Shown one piece after another: positions 33,101-47,159 of a stretch of DNA of 64,000 nucleotides (the stretch's first letter is position 1; every line of letters begins with the position of its first letter). The position numbers and the translations under genes were made by a program. This stretch comes from Piromyces finnis finn (taxonomy: Eukaryota > Fungi > Neocallimastigomycota): assembly GCA_002104945.1 (NCBI GenBank), contig MCFH01000002.1, forward strand, positions 1,674,001 to 1,738,000, in the 5' to 3' direction. The notes under the pieces were generated by a model. The model did not search any database and had not been told where the DNA came from. It was given only the letters and a program-made list of their open reading frames with translations.

Positions 33101-34896
33101 TTATGATTAAAATCCTATTTAAATTTGAATAACTAATTATAAATGTATTGAATTGAGATAGAATATATTATTATATATGTTAAATTATAATTAATTAATA
33201 TTATGAATAACCATATTTATTTTTTATTAAATGGTTTATTTAAAAATTGTTGTACATTTATTACTAATAAATTATATAATTTTATCTCTTTTTTTTTAAT
33301 ATTAAAACAATAAATTTATTTATATAATAAATAATTATTCACTTAATTATAAATTGAATTCTAATATATTAAATTTTTATTATATATTAAATAATAAAGT
33401 TTATATAATAATTTTTTTTTTTTTTTTTTTAATTTTTTTAATTTTTATTCTTTCTTTTTTTTTTTTTCTTTTATTTGTTAAAAAAAAAATTACTTAAAAA
33501 TACCTTGATTGTATAATTTTTCTTACTAAATCTAAAATAAGTAACAAAAATCAATTAAATATCAAGAAAGAAGTAAAATAATAGTAAAAAGGAAAAAAAG
33601 TATATATCAAAAGAAAATATATAATACTTATACTTTATAAAAAAATAAAAAATCATCAAAATAATACACTTCTTTTTAACCATTTCTTTAAAAATAATAT
33701 CTTTGAAAAAGAAAAAAAAATAAATATTTATATACATTATAATATATATATGCAATCAATAAAGTATTAGAATAATGAATATTATATAAATAAAAGTTAA
33801 TTTAAAAAAATGAAAAAGATTAATAATACAAATGGATTTTAATTGAATTGTAAAAGTCAAGAATTCAAAATATAATATTAAAGAATAAGAACAATCTACT
33901 TTACAATATATTTTGACAATAAATATAATACATAAATTTAAATATTTGTTCAATTATTTTGTTTTTTTAACAACTGTTCAATACCATTTATTTTTTATAA
34001 TAATTAAAAAAATAAAAAAATTATAAAATGAAAAATAACTAAATATTAAAATTTATTTACTAATTATAAATTAAAATAATATTAAATATATATTATTTAT
34101 TATGATTTGTTAATAAAATAGGTATTGAAAATATAATGTTTTTTTTTTTGGATAATTTTATATAAATAATTGTACTTTTCTGAAATTTATTGAAAACAAT
34201 CAAATGGAAAATTAAATTTATTGTTTTTTAAAAAAACAAATTTTTGAGAAATACAAAATTACCCTAATCAAATGTTTTCATTTAAAAATGAAAAAGTTAT
34301 AAATAATAAGGCCTAATAAATATATTTATTTATTGTAAAACCTTTGTAAATACTTTTTCATTAAATTTAAAAAAAAATAAAGATAATAAATTAAAAAAAA
34401 AAAAAGTAATCTCGTTTAGAAAAGAAATTGAAATTTAAAAGGTAAAATATAATTTATTTTCATTAATTACATTTTATTAAACGATATATCATAAATTTAT
34501 TTTTTATAATTATATATAATTTATTTTTCATATTTCACTTTGTTTTATATAATTTTATTATTATAAATTAATTACTGTTTATATAAAGTTAATAACATTA
34601 CTTTTTTTAATTATAAAGAATACCTTTAATCTATAATTTATAAATTCAAACTAAAAACTGTAATATAACAAAACCATTTTAAATAATCAAATTCATTTTA
34701 GTTTATTAAAAATTGAAAGAAAAAATATTTTAGGTAATAAATACATAATTGTTATATTTTATATTTTAATAAATAAAAACTAAAATTATTATTATTACTA
34801 TTATTATTAAAATAAAATTTAGAAAATAATTTTTACACAAATAAATTTTGATTTTATATTTTTTTAGATTTAGTAATAAAATAATCAAAAAGAAAA

Positions 34897-36641
34897 ATGA
34901 ACTCCACAATATTTAATTATACATCCCTTTTAATACTATCTGTTATCTGGTATATATCATTAGTTAGTGCTAGTAATTTTAGACCTGTTAAAACATATCA
35001 ATTTGCAAAAGATGAATATTATGATACTATTAAATATGAATGGGATATCACACCTACAGATAAAGTAGGTATGTTTGATTATTCAATTCAATCAAATGGG
35101 GCAGTAAGTACACTTCTCATGAATAGTACAGACTATAACAATTGGCAAAATAAATATTACCCTGAATGGCTTAAGAAACATGAATACACTTTTACATATT
35201 TAAATGATGATTTTAGAACTTTCCAGTGCAAAGTATGTAAACTTACAATATAATTTATATATTTAGGATAATTAGTTATACATTTTTCAGGAGTTTTTTT
35301 CATAAAAATCATAATATTAAATATATCAAAATAAAATATTATAATATATTAATGAATTATATAAATTAATACAAATATTAAATACAATAGAGCCCAGTTG
35401 CTGCATGCGCTAGATATGATATTAAATTTCCAGATAAAAAATTATATGTAGTAGTCCTTAGAACTACACTTGATGCTGATATTACATATACCTTTGAAGA
35501 TGACCTTGAAAGATTAAAAAGCAAATCAGCAAAACTAATATATGATCCAAAATACGCATCACAAAATGCAGTTGCCGCTACAACAATAAATAAAATAACT
35601 TCAACTACAAATGTACCTTCATCACAAACAATATCATCAACCGTTAATAATGCAGTACCACCCCAAACAAATAGTTCATCTATAGAACAAAATAGTAACC
35701 AAAATAATGGATCAAATGAGGTAAATGATTCTAATAATATCAATAATAATGATAACACAGATAATAGTGAAAATAAAAATGGTTTAAATGACATTGAAGG
35801 TAGTAGTGATAACAATAAAGATATAAATATAAAGGATAATGAGAATAATAATGAAGATGAAGACAAAAGCAAAAGTAAATGGTTATGGCCATTAATTGTA
35901 TTTGGTACACTCTTTCTTCTTTTATTAATTGCCTTATTATACGCTTTCATGAACCGTAAAAAAAGGAATGAAATAGATACTACAGATAATACTTATAATA
36001 ATAAATCTTGTGAACTCTATTATAAGGATGCACAACCAAAAGACAAGAATTTAAAAGCAAAGATTCCATACAATCCACACCATATTGTTAAACGTGTTGC
36101 TTTCAATTATAAATCAGATGATATTGTTATTGAAAGGGATAGTATTTTGGAAATTAATAAACGCTATAATGACGGTTGGGCTGCTGTTATTAATCCAGAA
36201 GATGGAAAAGAATGCCTTATACCATTAATTATATTAGAAGGTGATATAAATGAGGATATGACCAATATACCAATAGAAGAAAAAAGTTCGAAGAATATTT
36301 TAGCCACGCCTGAAAGTTTATATGAAAATAAATATATATCACAAAAGGATTATGAAGAAATGAAAAGAAATAATGAATGGATAAAAAATGTTAAATTAAT
36401 GAAATATGGAAAATCAGATACAAATAGCGAACAAATTAAATTCATTTCACATCCAGTTACTGAAACAATTGAAAATGATATAAGTCAATCGCGAACAAAT
36501 GATAATAGAAAATCAATGGTTGCCACAGTTGTTAATTCCAATACTGAATTACTGAGTGCTGATCATATACTAGAAGTATGTGAAGAAGATGAATATGATT
36601 ATGAACCTGAACAGGGAATTATTATGAAAGATGATTTATGA
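34897..36641 (+). CDS. Type I single-pass membrane protein with a cytoplasmic SH3-like domain (~528 aa, 2 exons)
   Basis: Exon 1 34897-35232 and exon 2 35391-36641 are in frame. The protein has a signal peptide (LLILSVIWYISLVSA), an ectodomain, an S/T/N-rich stalk and a TM segment (WLWPLIVFGTLFLLLLIALLYAFM) followed by RKKR. The SH3-like segment is VAFNYKSDDIVIERDSILEINKRYNDGWAAVINPEDGKECLIPLIILE. Confidence 0.8.
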
Positions 36642-37989
36642 AGTATTATTGGCATAAATCTTCGTTTAAATAATTATCATATATATTTCAGTATCTATTC
36701 TATATATCCTTAATATTCTATATATCTTAAAAACATGGATTATCATATATATCCATTCTTTATTAAAATTATGATAATAACATTTTAGAGATAGATAATT
36801 AAACAAAAAATATTGAATATTGATATCAAGATATATATATATATTTACAAATATTGAAAATAAATATTGTTATTATTTATTATTCAATATTTTATACATT
36901 AATTAAGTAGTCTATTTTATTATCATATATATTAAAGGTAAAATCAATTCTCACAATATATTTTATTCTTTTTTCTTATGAACCTTTAATAAGTTTATAT
37001 CTATTTACTATTTTTTTTTTTTCTTTATTTTATTTTTTGTTAAAGTTTTGTATTTTTGCAATTTAATTATTTAAATTCTTTTATTGTATAAAAATATTTA
37101 ATATTTTAAAAAAGAAAAAAGAAAAAGAAAATGGAGAAAAATATAATAATGATTATCTTATAATATTTATACAAGTGAAACATATAGTATAATTATTATT
37201 TTATTATGTGTTTATATAACTACTATCAATAATATTTAATATTATTTTTATCGAATTGTATTATATAAAAAGTAAAAAATAGTATTATCTTTTTTATTAT
37301 TATTATTATTATTATATTTATTTATTTTAATATTTTTCTCTTTTTTTTTTTTTTATTTTTATTTTTTGTTTAATAATAAAAATATATCAATAAAATATGC
37401 ATTTTTAGAAATTAGAAAAAATAAAGATAGATCCTAAAGAAATTTATATAATTTTCTTTGAAGCCTTAATATGGCATTTCTTGATGATTCATAGGTAATT
37501 TCTAAAAGTATTTAGGAAGAATCCTATATAATTTTCCTTTTTTTTTTAAAAAAAAAAAAAAAATAATAATTAAAAAAAAAAAAAGCAGTTTTTATGATAC
37601 GATAGAGAAATAAAAGAAACTTTCTAAATAAAAAAAAAAAAAAAGTAAAAAAAAAGGGGAGGAGGAAAGATCATTAAAAAAATGTTTTTAAAAAATATCA
37701 TTTTATATAATATATATATAATAAACGAATTAAAAATTACAAAAAGAATTATTGACCTTTTATTAAATATCTTTTTTTTTTTTAATTTTTAGGTTTATTT
37801 GTGTTTATTTGTTTGAAGAACAAAAAGTTATTATTGCTATAACTTTTTTTTTTTTAAAATTTTTTTTTTTTTAAATTTTCAATAAATATTTTAAAAGTTT
37901 TAATATAAATATTTAAAAAAAAAAAAAAAAATTTAAACTTTAATGAATTAAAAAATAGATATTATATATATAATGTCTTTTAGGAATTA

Positions 37990-40900
37990 AAGTAGAAAGG
38001 TCACCATTTAGACTTTAACTTCCAATAGGACTCTTGGCTATTGCTTTAAACCTTTTTGAGTCTTGTCCATTGTTAGCCAATAACATAAGACATCATTTTG
38101 ATTAAAGGATCTGCTATAACCATCAAAAAATGAAGACCTTTCCATAAGTCCCTGAATTTATTTTATACTTTTTTAAATTTTTTCTTTTTTTTTCCTCCAT
38201 TCCTCTGAATTGGTATTATTAAAATGTCTTGTCATAACTAATCCACCAACCAAAAAAGAAATTAAAATAGATTTCCTGTACATGACTACTTTAATACATT
38301 AATATTCACTAAATAATTTCAAACTATTATGAACTAAATTATCATTTAAACATGACTTGGAAAAAAAAAAAAAAAAAAAAAAAAGGAATTATTATATTAC
38401 TTTTAATTATCCTTACTGGACTTTATCTTTCAAAAATTTAGAATATAATTATTATAAGGTTATGAATTTCATCAAATTTTTTTTTTTTTTTTTTAGACTA
38501 GGAAGAGAATACACATCTTTTATTTATTTATTTATTTAATTTGTGATATTACATAATATTAGGTGACAATACATATTGATATAATAAATAATAAATAAAA
38601 ATAATAAAATAAATATAAATAAAAATAGAAATAGAAAATAATATAAAATAATTATTTAAGTTGCATAAAAGTTCAATGAACTCTGCAATTTGTACTGTGT
38701 GGAATTGGTCCCTACCTAATAAATTAAATGAAATAAAAAAAAGAAGTAACATCAGGTATGATAGTGTGGTGTCCACTAAACTCTATATTACTTTTAATTA
38801 CTGGACTTTATCTTTTAAAAATTTAGAATATAATTATTATAAGGTTATAAATTTCATCAAATTTTTTTTTTATTATTATTATTTAATTTATAGTTGATAA
38901 TTGATAATATAATAAATAATAAATAATAAATAATAATAATAAAATATATATAAATAAAGCATATAAATATTAAATAAAATGTTAAAATCATTTAAATTGG
39001 TATGATTCAATGCAATTTATTCCTATGTCTTTATTCTCTCTTATTAATTTGTAACTTTTTCCAAGCTAAAGTTCTACCAAGAAAGAATGTAAAAATAAAA
39101 TTAAAAAGTATTCTTCTTACTTTCATTCCAGAGAGCAAATAATTTACTAATTCTTATATTTATTATGAAAAAGGGAAGAAAAAAGTAATCATCAAAAAAT
39201 CAAAACTAATGAAATTATGCATTCAAAGAAATGTAAAACCATCTAATATTTAATGATTAAAAAAAAAAAAAAAAAAAAGGATGTTCATCATTATTACAAC
39301 ATAGACAAATACAAAAGTGGTAACTGTATTTCTCTCAATAGTAACTCTGGTAGATGTTTTCATAGCCGCAATGACTATGGATCAAATAATTCTTAAATTT
39401 AAGAGAGTTATATTTAACTTCCAATGGGAACTCTTGGTGTGTTGTTTTAAACCTTTTGAATAATTGAAATATTGTGGGTCAATAATATTAGGAGCATTAT
39501 TAAAAAATGGAGATCTTTCAGAGGTGCTCTTGTTTAATTTAACACTTGTAAAATTCTTTTCCATCCCCTTGAATTATTATTGTTGATGCTGTTGTTGTCA
39601 GAAATTTTTCCACCACAAGAATTTTTTTTCTTTCTTTTTGTACATACTAAAATAATTATACATATTACTATTCAAAATAGGTTATTAAAACTATTCACTA
39701 ACAAAAACTAGTATTTAAACCAAAAAAAAAAAAAAAAAAAAATAGAATTATCATTTTCACTATAACTATTAAATACTATAATTTCAAATACATAATTATT
39801 ACTAATATTATTATTATTGTCATTATTGTTACTATACTATTATTTCTAATTTTTTTTATATTCATCATTAACTTAATAAGGTCATTGTAACATTAAATTT
39901 TGGATATTCGGCTAACCAATATTGAATAGTTTGATTTCCACTTTTTTCAACATTTTTTTCTTTTATATATAAACTAGGAAGAGAATACACTTCTTCTTGT
40001 ATCTATTTATTTAATCTAAAATATTGCATTATGTTAGGTGATAATACCTATTGATATAATAAATAATAAATAAAAATAATAAAAAATATATATATAAAAG
40101 TATAAATAATAAATATAAAATAAAATCATTGAATCCTATGAACGGAACATTAGGAATGATCCTTTGCCATATCGATACGATGTCGGCGCTCGCTTGATGA
40201 CATTAGGTGTCTTACTAAACCTATCAAAAAGAGTAGCTTCATTAAGCTACTCATGATAGGAATTATTTTAGCAAGAAAAGCTGCAAGACCCTCTACATAC
40301 AGAACATGAGACCCCGATGAACTGTAAAGCTGTTCATTCAAATGTCTCTATTCCGCCTTATCGATTTGTAGCTCATTATATGCTAAAGTTCCATCAAGAA
40401 GGAACGTAAAAAAATATAGTTATAAATTATTTTTCTTCCTTTCATTTCAGAGAATAAGTAATGAATTGATTATTGTATTTATTGTGAAAAAGGGTAAAAA
40501 AATCGTCAAGAAAACAAAGTGAAGAAGTTCTGTAGTCAGAGAATGCATGCAGAATATTCTAAAATTCAATGATAAAAAGATTGTTCATCATATCCGCAAC
40601 ATGGACAAGCACACGAGGGCAGTCAGGAGTAACTAATAACAATTTTGGTAATAGTTTCACTTTTTCAGCATGCCTTTTTTTTTTTTTTTTTTCAACGGCA
40701 TCAAATATTTTTTTTTTTTTTAAACTTTATTAAAATTATAATGCATGTAATAAAAAAATAAAAATAAAAATTAAAAAAAATAGACTTAAATAAGCACGAA
40801 TGAATAAAAATTGAGTATAATGTATTCTAGTAATTAAAGAAAGCCACTCTTATACTAAAGTATAATAATTGTATTTGACTTCCAATGGGACACCGTGCCA

Positions 40901-41110
40901 AAGATCAAAATTTTGTCATGGAACAAAATTTTAATCTCCCATTGATTGCTAGCCCTCCTGGCCTGTTTCTTCAGCAACGCTCCTGGTTGTTGCATCAAAC
41001 CTTTTGAACATTGACCATTGCTGATCAATAACAAAAGGCATAATTTTAGTTAGAAGATCAGGACAACCTTGATTACCAAATAATTGATAATTTCAGAATT
41101 TTGTCAATAA
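37990..41110. repeat. Array of diverged, decayed repeat units (probable TE or pseudogene relics)
   Basis: Shared blocks: ACTTCCAAT(A/G)GG at ~38018, ~39417 and ~40858; CTAGGAAGAGAATACAC at ~38498 and ~39974; a ~90-bp near-identical block at ~38391 and ~38785; and G(A)TGTTCATCAT...ACAACAT(A/G)GACAA at ~39280 and ~40580. Minus-strand frames give similar but stop-interrupted peptides. Confidence 0.65.
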
Positions 41111-41593
41111 AAACTTTATTTATTTATGCCTTATTAACACCTATTCAATATATAGAGAAATCTTCATTGTACTCTTTACATTAAAAAGAGCTTAATAATA
41201 TTTATATTAAAAACCAACTACATTATTATCGTCAACACATTTATTTTTTTCGCAATCACAAATATTAGTACACTTTGAAAAATTGATAATTTTTTTTTTT
41301 TTTTTTTTAAATTTTTTTATTATTTTTATTTTTTAAAATATGTTCAAAATAAATAAATAAATAAATATAATTATTATATTATTAATGATTTTTAGGATAG
41401 TTAAAATTAATTGGTATATTACAAATAATACATTTGAAAAAAACGTGTTTAATAAATTTTCTCAATGAGATAAAATAGATTATTGATAAATATTAATGAC
41501 GGTATATTTTAAAATATCATTTTAATAATATTTATGATACTAATTATTGTATTAAATTTATGTAATAATAGATTTTAAATTTTATAATAAAAT

Positions 41594-42844
41594 TTAGTTT
41601 TCGTCGTTCTTGAAATCAACACCAGCAGCTTCAGCAGCAGCATAAATGTTTTCATGGCTAGTGAGTTCTAACTTTTTGTCGAATACACGTAATAAAGAAT
41701 CAACTTCTTCAATATTTAATGGCTTGATATCAGCTAATTCCTTAATCTTTCTGGTGACTTCCTTAATTTCATCATCAGATAAATGTAAGTCAAGTTGTTC
41801 ACATCTTGACTTAACAGCATTCCAACCAGTAAGACGGTGACCAATAGAGACGTAACGAGTCATACCGAAATCTTCTGGACGTAAAATTTCATAGGTAGTT
41901 GGGTTGTTAAGAATAGCCTTAGCGTGAATACCAGCCTTGTGAGTGAAAGCACAGTAACCAGTAATGTAGTTGTTGAATGGAACTTGAATTTCAACAAATT
42001 GAGCAACCATGTTTTCAAGATCACGAAGCTTGTGGAGGTTGTATTTGTTAGTAACGTAAGCCTTATCAGCAACGTACATACGAGCAGCTAAACCACCAAG
42101 TGGGGTAATACCGTTACGTTCACCAATACCTAAGACACAAGTATCAATGTGAGTAGCACCAGCTTCTAAGGCACAGTAAGCATTAGCAATAGCACAACCA
42201 GTATCATTGTGGAAGTGGCATTCAATATCACAGTTAACAACACCTCTTAAAGTTCTGATTAATTCATAAACTTGACGTGGGTTAGCACAACCAACAGTAT
42301 CGGCAACACCAACACGGTTAACACCAAGTTTATCGACGTAACGGTAAAGCTTAAGTAAATCAACTAAATCAGAACGGAAGGAATCTTCAGATGAGAAACG
42401 AACTTCCTTACCCTTAGACTTAATGAAAGTAACAACTTCACCAGCAACCTTGTAAATGGCATCCATATCCTTACCGTGAGAGAATTTACGTAAGTAAGAA
42501 GAAGTACCAATAACAACATTTAAACCATCAACAGCGGTTTCAACACCAACAGAGGCATCAGTCATGTGACAACGAATGTGAGATAAAATCTTACATTTTA
42601 AACCTAACTTACAGATCTTTTCAATATCTTCTCTGGATTGTTCAGAAGCAACTGGTGAAGTTAATTCAATGTATTCAACACCAAAGTCATCTAAAGCCTT
42701 AGCAACCTTTAACTTTTGTTCAGTGTTGAAGAAAGCATTGGCGAATTGTTCACCTTCTCTTAAAGTGGTATCAATACAATTGAAGTTAGCAACATTACTT
42801 AACATATCAGTAATTCTAGCGTATGGAGATGAAGCAGTAGACAT
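41594..42844 (-). CDS. LYS20: Homocitrate synthase (alpha-aminoadipate lysine pathway), intronless
   Basis: [43 protein letters not shown] and [29 protein letters not shown] motifs. Strongly biased codon usage. Confidence 0.96.
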   Translation of the reverse strand: MSTASSPYARITDMLSNVANFNCIDTTLREGEQFANAFFNTEQKLKVAKALDDFGVEYIELTSPVASEQSREDIEKICKLGLKCKILSHIRCHMTDASVGVETAVDGLNVVIGTSSYLRKFSHGKDMDAIYKVAGEVVTFIKSKGKEVRFSSEDSFRSDLVDLLKLYRYVDKLGVNRVGVADTVGCANPRQVYELIRTLRGVVNCDIECHFHNDTGCAIANAYCALEAGATHIDTCVLGIGERNGITPLGGLAARMYVADKAYVTNKYNLHKLRDLENMVAQFVEIQVPFNNYITGYCAFTHKAGIHAKAILNNPTTYEILRPEDFGMTRYVSIGHRLTGWNAVKSRCEQLDLHLSDDEIKEVTRKIKELADIKPLNIEEVDSLLRVFDKKLELTSHENIYAAAEAAGVDFKNDEN

Positions 42845-44261
42845 TTTGTATATATATTAATGTATCAAATATAAAAAGTAATTAAAAAAGCTTTAATGTA
42901 AATAATATTTTTTTTTTTGCTTAGTAAAAAGCTTTAATTATTAAAATTAATATAAAATATAATTGTTAATTAATAATAAAATGAAAAAAAAAACTTTTTT
43001 GCTCTTTATATACTAGCTACCAAAAAAAAAAAAATTAGAATAAAATTAAAAAAAAATAATAATAATAATAATTTTATTAAATTTATCCATAAATGAAATA
43101 AATAGCATCAATATATTAATGTATATTAAAATATATAAATCAATTGATTCAAACATTTCATCTTTAATTTTTATTCATCACTTTGACTACAATATATATT
43201 TAATATGTATTAATATATTGTGTAAATGATTCTAATATATATGAAGATATATATTATAGATGTATATTCTATTTTTTTATTTAAAATGTAATAAGGATTG
43301 ATGCTATTCTATGATTGGATATAATTCATCTAAAAAATCATCTATTTATTGTACTTTAATATATGCTAGCAATACATATATATATTAAATACCTTAGGTT
43401 ATTCTACATTTAACACACAATAATGTATTAGATGAAAATTATAGTTTATTAATATAGAATACGCTTATATATTAAAATATACAATAATAAATACAACGCA
43501 TATATTATAATTATATTTTCTTTCAAAAGAATAAATCAGAATATTTAAAAAAAAATTAAATTAAAAATTAAAATAACCATTCCTCAAAACAAAAAAAATA
43601 TTCCTAATTTGTGTTATTTTCATTATTAAAAAAAGTAAAAGACTACTAAAAGGCTCTTTTTTTGTTTTTTAATTATTTTTAGTGGAATTAGAAAGAAAAA
43701 AAAAAAACGTAGTCCATGATGAAATAAACGAAAATTGAAATGATAAAAAATAAATAATATTCTTAATAAATATTCATCTAATAAAAATTTTTAAGTATAA
43801 AATTCATTATGTTGTTAATTTTTTTTTTTACTTTTTTTACTCTAATAATAAAAAAAATAAACACGGCTTTTTTTGTTAATATTAATTTAAATAAATATAT
43901 TATAATATATTATAATATATATTATTAAATTTTATTAAAAATTTAAAAAGACAAGAAAGAAAATATAAATAATAATGCTAGAACAATTATTTAGTAGTAA
44001 TAAAAACATTTAAGTAGAAAGTATAAAGTAGTATGAAGAGTGTAAAAAAAAGATTATTATTGAAAGTGCATTTTAATAAAGGAAAATAAGATATTAGAAT
44101 ATAAATATTCATTGAATTATTTTATAATAAATAACTTTATCATAAGAATTGTCAATATTTAAAAAAAAAAAAAAAAAGGAATAATTTATGTTAATTAAAA
44201 CTTTAATTTATTATTAATTGAATTTTAAAAATAAGAATTAATAAAAAAATAAAAACATTAT

Positions 44262-44398
44262 TTATTTATTTATTGATTTATTTATTTAGTTAGTTAGTTA
44301 GTTATTGATTTATTTATTGATTTATTTATTTAGTTAGTTAGTTAGTTAGTTATTGATTTATTTATTGATTTATTGATTTATTTATTTATTTATTTATT
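44262..44398. repeat. Compound tetranucleotide-like repeat (TTTA/TTAG/TTGA)
   Basis: Directly visible run of tttatttattgatttatttatttagttagttag units. Confidence 0.8.
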
Positions 44399-47113
44399 GT
44401 TACACTACATTTAAAACATTAAATGAATATAAAACGGTTTAAAATAACTAAAAGGAAAATTGTGATATGTTACAAAATACTTTTTAAATAATCAACAACA
44501 TAATTGTATATGTAGATCGACATTAATTGTTTTCTTTTATTTATTAATGATTACATATATTTATAAATATATATCGTTATTTAATAAATGAATCAATAAA
44601 TAACCTAATAACGGAACTTTGTTTCTAATAAAAAGTACATTCTTTTTATTATTATATAATCATCATGAATATAATTAAATTCAAAACTTTAAAACATCAT
44701 AATAATAAAAGATATTTAAATTGTAATATATGCGGAATAAATATAATATTCCATTATATTATAATATCTTTAGATGATGAATAAAAATACCAAAAAGTAT
44801 ATTATAACTAATCTAAATTTTAGAGTTCTCTTATAATATATAACAATATAATAATAACAATTCAAATGTTTAAAATAGAATTGAAATATATTAATATATT
44901 TTTTCAAATAATATTGGTAATATTTAATTATAATGAATGTGCTATTCTTGTGAATGCAAATATAATATTATAAATAGTTATAATGAATACTTTTCAAAAA
45001 TGGTGGCATATTATTTTTATAGAATATATATTAATTAATCTGAAAACTTTTAATTTTAAAAAAAAAATAATAAATTAAATATTTATGCAATAGAGCGATG
45101 TATAATATTTTATTATAATAACTTGTCTTTTTTTTTTTACAGTTAAAATTCCAATATAATAAACATTTTATAATAAAAAAAAAGTAAGCATTTCTCTTTC
45201 AGTAATACAAAACCTATTATTTCATGACTTTTTATTCATTATTATTTTCATAAAAACTATTAAAAATAAATACTTTTTATTAAACGCATCCATTTATTGT
45301 TGTGTAAAGCTATATAAATTTATGTTTTAAATAGAAAAAATACCAAAAGAAGGAATATTCATAAATCCTATTAGATTTACAACAAGAAAACTTTTTTCAT
45401 TTCCTTTATTCGAAGGAAATGTTTCCACTCTTTTTATTGGATCGTTTATTTTACTAAGTATTTTTTTTGTATACATCATCATCTCATCTAAATTTTAATG
45501 TTAATTATATTAATATATTAATTTATAGATTTTAAAAAAATAGATGGAAATAAATTGAAACTGATGAAATTTTAAAAATTTAATCTTTATTTAAATTTAA
45601 TATATAGGAATATATATTATAAATGAACTAACTAAAAACTTTATTTAAAGTTCATCATTATTAATAATTTTAACCATATTTGGAAAATAAATTATTCCAT
45701 TTTACTTTTTGAAAAAAAAAAAACTTTACTAAGAAATTTTAATAAAAAAAATATTAGTTAATAATAATAATAATAGTAGTAGTAGTAGCAATAGTGGTAA
45801 TAGTAATAGTAGGGTAATAGCAATAAATAATAGAGCAACTTTATCATAGTATTATTATTAAATAAAAGCTTTTCTATAGAATATATTAAAAGTAATATAC
45901 AAATGTTAAACTATGAAATTATCCATAAAATCTGAAAACTTTATAAAGCATCAGCAAAAAAAAATAATAATAAAATAAAATATTATTTTAATTTATGTAA
46001 AAGTCAAACATCAAACTATAACATTAACTAATAATTCTAATAAAATAATAGAAATTGAAAAAGAAGGGAAAATAAAATTAAGAGAGTAATACCATAACCA
46101 AAAAAAAAAAAGGCCTAATAGTATTCATCTAAAACCGCATTCTCAATAAAAAAAAATTATAATAAAAATGAATAAAAAACCTATTAACAACATATTACTG
46201 AATTGTATTATTAATAAAATGATATAAATATAAATCTTTCAAAAATATAGTATGTAATATATAGAATGTATATTATATAATAATAAATATGTAATTAGAA
46301 AGAATTTCCTTTCTAAAAACTTACATATATAATACTTATAATACTCTATTTAAATATTATATATGTTACAATACTTTTACAGTGTAATTATTCATTAAAA
46401 TTGTAAAACGTGATTTTATATAAATATATTTAAAAAAAAAAAACTTAATATTTTAACTTTTTTTATTAATATTAATATTAAATATAATTAATAAAATAAT
46501 AAAATGTTGCTATTTAATACTTTATTTACCAATAAAGTGTTTAAATATAATAAATGAAAATACATACTTTATTTTAAAAAAATAAATTGGTTTTATTAGT
46601 ATTAAAACAATGATGATGATCATTTCTTTTTTCTTTGTCCAATTAACCTTAATATTTAGTAATTTTGATTATAAATAATATATGGTTACCAGAGAAATAT
46701 ATCTTCTTCCCCAGTCCAATATTCACATTTTAAATATAAAATCACAAATTTACATGTTTAAATTGATATTGGCTTATATATATTGATTTATACTAATATA
46801 TTATTGATATTGATGTATGTCTATTAAAAAGAAATAGTAATAATGATGGGTTATAATAAATATATATATTTATAAAATAAAGAATAATTACAATTAATTC
46901 ACATAAAGTATATCCCTTTTTAAACAATACTACCTGGTTAACATGAAATTTATAAAAATATAATGTAATATTTAAAATTAAAAATCTTTTATATGAATAA
47001 TTATTTAGAATCGATCTTTATTTAATAATAAAAAGAAGTTTACAATAAATAAAAATAATACTAAAAATCCAAATCTATCTACTGATATTTATTAAACACT
47101 AATACTTTTTTTC

Positions 47114-47159
<46 letters not shown>

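Noticed and set aside
30140-34890. Short AT-rich ORFs (31238-31420, 33555-33755, 33756-33953)
   Set aside because: They have I/F/Y/K-biased composition typical of random AT-rich DNA, with no motifs or coherent splice structure.
35378-35950. 190-aa minus-strand hydrophobic ORF
   Set aside because: It is the antisense shadow of exon 2 of the plus-strand TM-SH3 gene.
38391-38870. Repeated ~90-bp blocks considered as a CRISPR-like array or LTR pair
   Set aside because: There are only two copies, with no regular spacers, TG...CA ends or target-site duplication. They are treated as part of the decayed repeat array.
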